Shown: piece by piece, positions 34,923 through 40,455 of the stretch | Layout: each line of letters opens with the position of its first letter | Position numbering within the stretch: position 1 is the first letter of the stretch | From: Candidatus Giovannonibacteria bacterium | Lineage (GTDB): Bacteria > Patescibacteriota > Minisyncoccia > UBA11713 > 2-01-FULL-45-33 | Direction: 5' to 3' | Assembly: GCA_016432405.1 (NCBI GenBank) | Contig: CP066687.1 | Span: forward strand, 1 to 40,455 | DNA: 40,455 bases | Translations under genes and position numbers: made by a program | Notes under the pieces: model-generated | Database searches by the model: none | Told to the model about the DNA's origin: nothing | What the model saw: the letters and a program-made list of their open reading frames with translations, nothing else

Positions 34923-35195
34923 ATGGCTAAAATCAGCCGTGAAAAGGTTTTTGGAGTGATAGATCAAGAACTTAGCGAGCGACGGAAATGCTGTTTAACG
35001 CCGCAGGCATCGGTCGGGGATTATCTTAAACTCATAGAAATTACTTGCGAAACCGCACAAGGATTTGGCCCGGATATGCTACTGCACGAAATAAGAATTG
35101 TGGCTGCAATAGCGGTGGAGTGCATGCAGAACTACGGGGCGCCCAAAGTGTCAGATAAGCCTCGATTAAAGATGCGGCCCCGTGCCCAATTTTAA
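34923..35195 (+). CDS. Small hypothetical protein (cassette 3, 90 aa), opposite strand within the S10 operon
   Basis: The ATG at 34923 (MAKISREKVFGVIDQELSERRK...) is preceded by GAGGAGGGG 6 nt upstream and followed by a clean terminator. The longer ORF from 34806 lacks an RBS. Confidence 0.55.
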   Translation: MAKISREKVFGVIDQELSERRKCCLTPQASVGDYLKLIEITCETAQGFGPDMLLHEIRIVAAIAVECMQNYGAPKVSDKPRLKMRPRAQF

Positions 35196-35207
35196 AGTAA
35201 AAATTTT

Positions 35208-35234
35208 GCCGCCTAGCCCAGGCGGCGCTTTTTT
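35208..35234 (+). terminator. Intrinsic terminator of the plus-strand small gene
   Basis: GCCGCC-tagccca-GGCGGC, then GC and TTTTTT. The T-run overlaps the rplC stop codon. Confidence 0.75.
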
Positions 35235-35772
35235 ATCCTCTCACTTCCACCAAACTTCCGCGATGCCCCGGAATTGCGCCGGAGACGGCGAGCAGATTTT
35301 TTTCGGGGATTATTTTTATTACTTTAAGATTCTGTACCGTGACGCGCTCTCCGCCCATTCGCCCGGGCATGCGCTTGCCTTTTAAGACCCTCTGCGGCCA
35401 AGTGGCGCCGATTGAGCCCGGCTCGCGCTCGGAATGCTTCTGGCCGTGTGTCCTCGGACCGCCATGAAACCCGTGTCTTTTTACAACGCCTTGAAAGCCC
35501 TTCCCTTTGGAAGTTCCAGAAATATTTACGGCATCGCCCTCTTTGAAAACCGAAATGTCAATTTTATCGCCGACATTAACGGGGGAATCGGCGCGAAATT
35601 CTTTTTTCTTTTTGCCGAATCCAACCTGCATAGCAACATACCCGTCTTTCTCTTTGGATTTTTTTTGCGTAACAAAAACCGGCCCGGCTTCCAGCCATGT
35701 GACCGGGCGCACACTGCCATTGTCGTCAAAAACCTGCGACATTTCAATTTTTCTCGCCAAAATAAATTTCAT
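35233..35772 (-). CDS. rplC: 50S ribosomal protein L3 (compact)
   Basis: GTSKGKGFQGVVKRHGFHGGPRTHG is the L3 signature. Confidence 0.92.
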   Translation of the reverse strand: MKFILARKIEMSQVFDDNGSVRPVTWLEAGPVFVTQKKSKEKDGYVAMQVGFGKKKKEFRADSPVNVGDKIDISVFKEGDAVNISGTSKGKGFQGVVKRHGFHGGPRTHGQKHSEREPGSIGATWPQRVLKGKRMPGRMGGERVTVQNLKVIKIIPEKNLLAVSGAIPGHRGSLVEVRG

Positions 35773-35775
35773 AGA

Positions 35776-36132
35776 TTACATTTTAACTTCAATGTCCACT
35801 CCCGCCGGAAGATTAAGATTCGTCATCGCCTCTATCACTTTCGGCGTGGGGTTCAAGACGTCAATCAGGCGCCTGTGCACCCGCATCTCAAATTGCTCTC
35901 TAGCGTTTTTGTGCACAAAAGTGGAGCGGTTGACGGTGTATTTTCTGATTTCGGTAGGCAAAGGCACGGGGCCCATTATTTCCGACCCGTATCTTATGGC
36001 TGTGTCTACAATCTGCTTTACGGACGAATCCAAAATTTTGTGGTCGTAGGCGCGGACGCGGATGCGAAGCTTCTGCTTTTCTTCCGGTTCCGCGGCCTCT
36101 TTCGTTTTAATTTTAACAGCCGCCTTTGCCAT
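35776..36132 (-). CDS. rpsJ: 30S ribosomal protein S10 with a short N-terminal extension
   Basis: [25 protein letters not shown] and RLIDVLNPT. Confidence 0.92.
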   Translation of the reverse strand: MAKAAVKIKTKEAAEPEEKQKLRIRVRAYDHKILDSSVKQIVDTAIRYGSEIMGPVPLPTEIRKYTVNRSTFVHKNAREQFEMRVHRRLIDVLNPTPKVIEAMTNLNLPAGVDIEVKM

Positions 36133-36137
36133 CCGAT

Positions 36138-37331
36138 TTATTTTATAATCTTGGTGACGACTCCCGCGCCCACCGTCTTGCCGCCTTCGCGGATGGCGAA
36201 CCTTTGTTTTTCCTCAAGCGCCACCGGAGCGATAAGTTTGACCGTAAATTTTATTGTGTCTCCGGGCATAACCATCTCCGTCCCCGCTGGCAGCGCGACG
36301 TCTCCGGTCACATCGGTCGTGCGGATATAGAACTGCGGCTTGTAGCCGGTGAAGAACGGTGTGTGCCGCCCGCCCTCCTCTTTGGTGAGCACGTAAACTT
36401 CGGATTCAAAATCCGTGTGCGGGGTAATTGACCCTGGCTTGGCGATAACCTGCCCTCTTTCCACATCTTCTTTTTTGACTCCGCGCAAAAGCACTCCGGC
36501 GTTGTCCCCGGCAATCGCTTCGTCCAGTTGCTTATTGAACATCTCAATTCCGGTAATCACGGTCTTTTGCGTGTCTTTGAGCCCGACGATTTCAATTTCA
36601 TCGTTCAATTTGGCCTTGCCCCGCTCCGCTCTGCCCGTCACGACCGTGCCCCTTCCTTCAATGGAGAAAACATCTTCAATCGGCATTAAAAATGGGCGGT
36701 CAATATCGCGAACCGGTTCTGGTATGTATTCGTCAAGCTGTTTCGCCAATTCCAAAATCGGCTTGGCCCACTCGTCTTCCGCGGATTTCGCTTCCAACGC
36801 TTTCAAAGCCGACCCGCGGATAATCGGGGTTTTGTCCCCGGGATACTCGTATTTTGTAAGAAGTTCCCTGATTTCCGTTTCAACCAAATCAACAAGTTCT
36901 TTATCGTCAACAGCGTCCACCTTGTTTAAAAATACGATAATCGCCGGCACTCCGACCTGGCGCGCCAAAAGAATGTGCTCCCTTGTCTGCGGCATCGGGC
37001 CGTCGGAAGCGGAAACCACCAAAACGGCTCCGTCCATCTGCGCGGCTCCGGTAATCATGTTTTTGATGTAGTCGGCGTGCCCCGGCGCGTCAATGTGCGC
37101 GTAGTGGCGCTTGTCCGTTTCGTACTCCGAGTGGTGAAGCGCGATTGTAATGCCCCTTTGCCTTTCCTCCGGAGCGTTGTCAATATCTTCAACCTTTTCC
37201 ACCCTCGCCTTTTTGCCGGCCAAATTCAAAACGTGCAAAAGGGCGGCGGTCAGCGTGGTCTTGCCGTGGTCAACATGGCCGATTGTGCCGACGTTTAAGT
37301 GCGGCTTTGTCCTCTCAAATTTCTCTGCCAT
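36138..37331 (-). CDS. tuf: Elongation factor Tu
   Basis: [18 protein letters not shown] and NKVD G-motifs, 397 aa. Confidence 0.97.
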   Translation of the reverse strand: MAEKFERTKPHLNVGTIGHVDHGKTTLTAALLHVLNLAGKKARVEKVEDIDNAPEERQRGITIALHHSEYETDKRHYAHIDAPGHADYIKNMITGAAQMDGAVLVVSASDGPMPQTREHILLARQVGVPAIIVFLNKVDAVDDKELVDLVETEIRELLTKYEYPGDKTPIIRGSALKALEAKSAEDEWAKPILELAKQLDEYIPEPVRDIDRPFLMPIEDVFSIEGRGTVVTGRAERGKAKLNDEIEIVGLKDTQKTVITGIEMFNKQLDEAIAGDNAGVLLRGVKKEDVERGQVIAKPGSITPHTDFESEVYVLTKEEGGRHTPFFTGYKPQFYIRTTDVTGDVALPAGTEMVMPGDTIKFTVKLIAPVALEEKQRFAIREGGKTVGAGVVTKIIK

Positions 37332-37383
37332 AGATTTACATAAAAATTAACTTGATAATCTTACAAAGTATATCTTATAGAAT

Positions 37384-37407
37384 AAAAAAGGCGGCGTCAA
37401 GCGCCGC
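37384..37407 (-). terminator. Intrinsic terminator of the 37418-37762 cassette, directly upstream of tuf
   Basis: Minus sense reads GCGGCG-cttga-CGCCGC followed by CTTTTTTATTC. Confidence 0.65.
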
Positions 37408-37417
37408 TCTCTGCCGC

Positions 37418-37762
37418 TCACTTTGGATGGTTTTTCACAATCCCCACCAGCCGGTTCTGCTGGTCAAAGATGGCGAACAGGTCCTTGCTCTCCAAAAGCC
37501 GCCTCTGCTGCTCCGGCGGCAGTTCAAAGAACTTAAAAGCGGTGGTGCTACCCAATTCGTCCTCGCCCCAATTTATCTGCATGTTTTCGGGGCGGAAGCA
37601 CACGAAGCCGCTCGGATTTTTTACATTCACGGAGCAAACCGGAACCCTTTTGGTGCGATCAATACTAATCTTGATTTTTGTCCCATCAGGGAGTTCTAAC
37701 ATTGCGCGCCTTTGTCCATCGGAAACCCTAAGTCTTTCGACTTCTATATTTTTTTCTGCCAT
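37418..37762 (-). CDS. Hypothetical protein (cassette 4, 114 aa) between fusA and tuf
   Basis: An ATG ORF with a purine-rich GGAGAAAGGGGA upstream, plus its own promoter and terminator. No recognised domain. Confidence 0.6.
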   Translation of the reverse strand: MAEKNIEVERLRVSDGQRRAMLELPDGTKIKISIDRTKRVPVCSVNVKNPSGFVCFRPENMQINWGEDELGSTTAFKFFELPPEQQRRLLESKDLFAIFDQQNRLVGIVKNHPK

Positions 37763-37800
37763 TATACAGTTCCCCTTTCTCCATAAATTGCTCTAAAGCC

Positions 37801-37829
37801 ATCCTAGCATTAAACCGGCAGCTCGTCAA
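37801..37829 (-). promoter_or_regulatory. Sigma70-type promoter of cassette 4
   Basis: Minus sense reads TTGACG (37829-37824), a 17-nt spacer, then TAGGAT (37806-37801). Confidence 0.6.
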
Positions 37830-37847
37830 GTTTTAATTTAGTACTAA

Positions 37848-37885
37848 ACTATACACTCAAAGCCGATCGGTTGAAAGTGTTTAGT
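37848..37885 (-). promoter_or_regulatory. 38-nt palindromic box C, an orphan copy of the regulator-1 box
   Basis: ACTATACACTCAAAGCCGATCGGTTGAAAGTGTTTAGT. It matches box B (2638-2675) at about 31 of 38 positions and lies about 20 nt upstream of the cassette 4 -35. Confidence 0.6.
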
Positions 37886-37916
37886 CTAACAAAAAGCGAC
37901 ATTAAAGGCGCTGCAA

Positions 37917-37946
37917 ACCAACTTCCAGCGATCGCTGAAAGTTGGT
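37917..37946 (-). terminator. 30-nt near-perfect palindrome centred on GCGATCGC; probable fusA terminator or a third box type
   Basis: ACCAACTTCCAGCGATCGCTGAAAGTTGGT has 14 of 15 pairs. In minus sense it is followed by TTTGCAGCGCCTTTAATGTCGCTTTTTGTT, an imperfect U-tract. Confidence 0.45.
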
Positions 37947-37967
37947 ACAGACAATAATGGTTAAGTC

Positions 37968-38078
37968 CTACACCGGCAAATCGTCAAGTTCGGGCTCCGA
38001 ATCCAAATCTTCGGCGAGCAATTCGTCGGACAATATTTTTTCTTCTTTCTCTGTGTTTTTTTCGTCTTCGTTTTCCAT
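37968..38078 (-). CDS. Candidate 36-aa highly acidic micro-ORF coupled to the fusA stop
   Basis: TAATG overlaps the fusA stop. It translates to [36 protein letters not shown]. It is below the ORF-track size cutoff and has no independent support. Confidence 0.3.
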   Translation of the reverse strand: MENEDEKNTEKEEKILSDELLAEDLDSEPELDDLPV

Positions 38079-40180
38079 TATTTCTTCCCCTCTTTAATCA
38101 GCTCCGCAATGTTTGCCGGAACTTCTTCGTAATGAGAAAATTCCATAGTGTAGGAAGCGCGGCCTTCGGTCATGCTTCTTAATTTTGTCACATAGCCGAA
38201 CATTTCGGAAAGCGGGACTTTGGCGTCCACAACCCGCGCGTTGCCCCGCTCCGACATATTTTCAATTTTTCCGCGCTTGGAAGAAAGGTCTCCGGTTATG
38301 TCCCCCAAAAACTGGTCGGGCGTCACCACTTCCACTTTCATTACCGGCTCAAGAAGAACGGCTACCGCGCGCCTGACTGCTTCTTGCAACGCGATGGAGC
38401 CCGCGATTTTAAAAGCGGCTTCGGACGAATCAACGTCGTGGTATGAACCGTCGTAGAGCGCGGCTTTTATGTCCACCAGCGGGAACCCGGCCACCACTCC
38501 TTTTTCCAGCGCTTCTTTCACGCCTTTTTCAACCGCCGGAATAAATTCCTGCGGAATAATTCCTCCTTTGATTTCATTTATGAATTCGTTCCCCTTCCCG
38601 CGCTCATTTGGCTCAACTCGCAACCAAACATGTCCATACTGCCCCCGTCCGCCCGACTGGCGAATATATTTTCCTTCTGCCTCCGCCGTTTTTTTAACGG
38701 TTTCTTTGTAGGCAACCTGCGGGCGCCCGACATTTGCCCCGACCTTAAATTCACGCTTCATCCGCTCCACGATAATTTCCAAGTGGAGTTCACCCATTCC
38801 GGAAATAATCGTCTCCATTGTCTCTTCGTCCCCTTTGATGCGGAAAGTTGGGTCTTCTTCTGAAAGCCGCCTCAAAGCCAGTCCCATTTTTTCCTGGTCT
38901 TGCTTGGTTTTGGGCTCAATCCGCAAAGAAACCACCGGTTCGGGGAAAATAATTGATTCCAAAGTAATCGGATGCTCCGGATCGCAAAGCGTGTCTCCGG
39001 TCTTTGTATTTTTTAAACCAACGATGGCGCCAATTTCTCCGGCCTGCATTTCTTTAACCTCTTCTCTGTGATTCGCGTGCATGCGCAAAATTCTCCCCAC
39101 TCTTTCTTTATCTCCAGTGCGCGTGTTTAACACATACGACCCCGCCGGCAAAGCGCCGGAATAAACCCTGAAATAAGTAAGCTGCCCCACGTAAGGGTCG
39201 GTCTGTAATTTGAAAGCCAAAGCGGCAAACGGCGCTTCATCTTTGGACTCGCGAAAAATCTCTGTTCCTGTTCTCGGGTCGGTTCCTTTGACCGGAGGAA
39301 GGTCGGCCGGCGAAGGAAGATAGTCAACGACGCCGTCCAGCATCAGCTGCACTCCCTTGTTTTTCAAAGCCGAGCCGCAAAAAACTGGGATAAGTTTGTA
39401 AGACAAAGTCGCAGCGCGCAGAGTTTGTCTCAATTCGTCCAAAGAAATTTCTTCTCCACCCAAATATTTTTCAGTAAGCGCGTCGTCCTCTCCGGCAACG
39501 CGCTCAACCAATTTATGCCTCCAAGTTTCCGCTTCCGCTTTTTTGTTTTCGGGAATTTCTTCTTGAATAATATTTTCTCCATGCTCGCCTCCAAACCTTA
39601 TAAATTTCATCCGCATAAGGTCAATTACGCCGGAAAAATCGCCTTCCAAGCCAATGGGGATGTTCACGGCCACCGCGTTTGGAGTCAGGCGGTCCAAAAT
39701 TGATTTGAAACTTTTTTCAAAAGAAGCGCCTATTCTGTCCAGTTTATTTATAAAGCATGTGCGGGGGACTTTGTATTTATCCGCCTGCCGCCATACGGTT
39801 TCCGATTGCGGCTCAACGCCCGCGACTCCGTCAAACACAACGACGCCTCCGTCTAAAACCCTTAAAGACCTTTCCACCTCAACGGTAAAATCAACGTGTC
39901 CGGGGGTGTCTATAATATTTATGCGGTGTTCGTTTTTCTTATCCCTGGGCAAATATGACGGGGTCCAAAAACATGTCGTGGCGGCGGCGGTAATTGTAAT
40001 CCCGCGCTCCCGCTCCTGCTCCATCCAGTCCATAATCGCCTCGCCCTCGTGCACCTCGCCGATTTTATGCGAAACTCCGGTATAAAAAAGCACCCGTTCG
40101 GTTACGGTCGTCTTCCCCGCGTCTATGTGCGCGATAATCCCGATATCGCGCGTCCTTTCTATCGGATATTCCCGCGCCAT
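38078..40180 (-). CDS. fusA: Elongation factor G
   Basis: [17 protein letters not shown] and NKLD motifs, 700 aa. Confidence 0.97.
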   Translation of the reverse strand: MAREYPIERTRDIGIIAHIDAGKTTVTERVLFYTGVSHKIGEVHEGEAIMDWMEQERERGITITAAATTCFWTPSYLPRDKKNEHRINIIDTPGHVDFTVEVERSLRVLDGGVVVFDGVAGVEPQSETVWRQADKYKVPRTCFINKLDRIGASFEKSFKSILDRLTPNAVAVNIPIGLEGDFSGVIDLMRMKFIRFGGEHGENIIQEEIPENKKAEAETWRHKLVERVAGEDDALTEKYLGGEEISLDELRQTLRAATLSYKLIPVFCGSALKNKGVQLMLDGVVDYLPSPADLPPVKGTDPRTGTEIFRESKDEAPFAALAFKLQTDPYVGQLTYFRVYSGALPAGSYVLNTRTGDKERVGRILRMHANHREEVKEMQAGEIGAIVGLKNTKTGDTLCDPEHPITLESIIFPEPVVSLRIEPKTKQDQEKMGLALRRLSEEDPTFRIKGDEETMETIISGMGELHLEIIVERMKREFKVGANVGRPQVAYKETVKKTAEAEGKYIRQSGGRGQYGHVWLRVEPNERGKGNEFINEIKGGIIPQEFIPAVEKGVKEALEKGVVAGFPLVDIKAALYDGSYHDVDSSEAAFKIAGSIALQEAVRRAVAVLLEPVMKVEVVTPDQFLGDITGDLSSKRGKIENMSERGNARVVDAKVPLSEMFGYVTKLRSMTEGRASYTMEFSHYEEVPANIAELIKEGKK

Positions 40181-40191
40181 AAAAAATAAAA

Positions 40192-40455
40192 TTAGATAAG
40201 AGAAGCTTTTATGTCCTGCAAAAGCTTTTCTGCTTTATTTATTGTATCTTTACTTATCGCTCCTCTCCCCTCACTCCTTACGCGTTGTAACAAATCATTC
40301 AACTCTTCCCGAAAACGCGATTTCTGATTTTCGTCAGAAACATTGTTTTCAATAATTCTATCAAGGTATCCTACAACCGGCGTAAACCACCATGTTACGG
40401 AGTATTTGTTGTGGCTCCATTTGCGCTTCTTTTCAGCGAGCTCGCTCCCAATCTC
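40192..40455 (-). CDS. Hypothetical protein, C-terminal part only (5' end outside the window)
   Basis: The open minus-strand frame reads ...[79 protein letters not shown]. It does not resemble S7 or S12. Confidence 0.4.
   Translation of the reverse strand, partial: EIGSELAEKKRKWSHNKYSVTWWFTPVVGYLDRIIENNVSDENQKSRFREELNDLLQRVRSEGRGAISKDTINKAEKLLQDIKASLI

Noticed and set aside
35434-36330. 298-aa plus-strand ORF (and the 180-aa ORF at 35507-36049)
   Set aside because: It lies antisense across rplC, rpsJ and the 3' end of tuf, all of which have unmistakable protein signatures. Its translation is low-complexity and Arg/Phe-rich. It is a shadow ORF.
1-40455. CRISPR arrays, tRNA/rRNA genes, transposases and recoded stop codons
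   Set aside because: I saw no regularly spaced direct repeats, no T-loop-like GGTTCGA-type motifs and no rRNA-like sequence. Gene ends at TGA, TAA and TAG give normal protein lengths, so code 11 fits. This rests on visual scanning only; tRNAscan-SE, Infernal and minced should confirm it.

Overview
The window looks like a small, streamlined Patescibacteria/CPR-type genome. This placement is an inference from gene content, not from a search. Nearly every gene is on the minus strand with short or overlapping junctions. Standard genetic code applies, since TGA is used as a stop.

Gene content by region:
- 23.2-40.2 kb holds the str/S10/spc ribosomal super-operon: fusA, tuf, rpsJ, rplC, rplD, rplW, rplB, rpsS, rplV, rpsC, rplP, rpmC, rpsQ, rplN, rplX, rplE, rpsZ, rpsH, rplF, rplR, rpsE, rplO, secY, adk, map. 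There is no rpmD (L30).
- 18.9-22.3 kb carries pgk, tpiA, a GalT-like gene and a GT2 glycosyltransferase.
- 12.5-18.9 kb carries nucleic-acid uptake and processing genes: a split ComEC, RNase HI, a DHH phosphoesterase, a Cas4-like PD-(D/E)XK nuclease and ndk. A UDG lies further left at 1.2-1.9 kb.
- 0.5-8.7 kb is mostly membrane and transport genes: DedA, a P-type ATPase, a permease, MgtC and a half-size MFS.

No rRNA, tRNA, CRISPR array, transposase or integrase was seen.

Main unexplained structure:
1. Two paralogous wHTH/PaaX-like regulators are each bracketed by two copies of their own variant of a 36-38 nt palindromic box. An orphan third copy of one variant sits between fusA and tuf.
2. 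Four single-gene cassettes of unknown function interrupt otherwise conserved operons. Each has a sigma70-like promoter, an SD-like purine tract (strong in three, weaker in one) and an intrinsic terminator. Two of them share a conserved 5' leader with a covarying hairpin.
3. A duplicated 3' end of a beta-CASP gene flanks an AT-rich methyltransferase insertion.
4. A 140-nt inverted-repeat element joins the rplD stop and the rplW start, and four back-to-back perfect hairpins lie upstream of rplD.
5. A two-gene insertion (CsaA-like plus GxxExxY) sits between rpsZ and rpsH, flanked by an inverted 11-mer and heptamer repeats.

All protein calls come from motif recognition by eye on the supplied translations. 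No database search was run.
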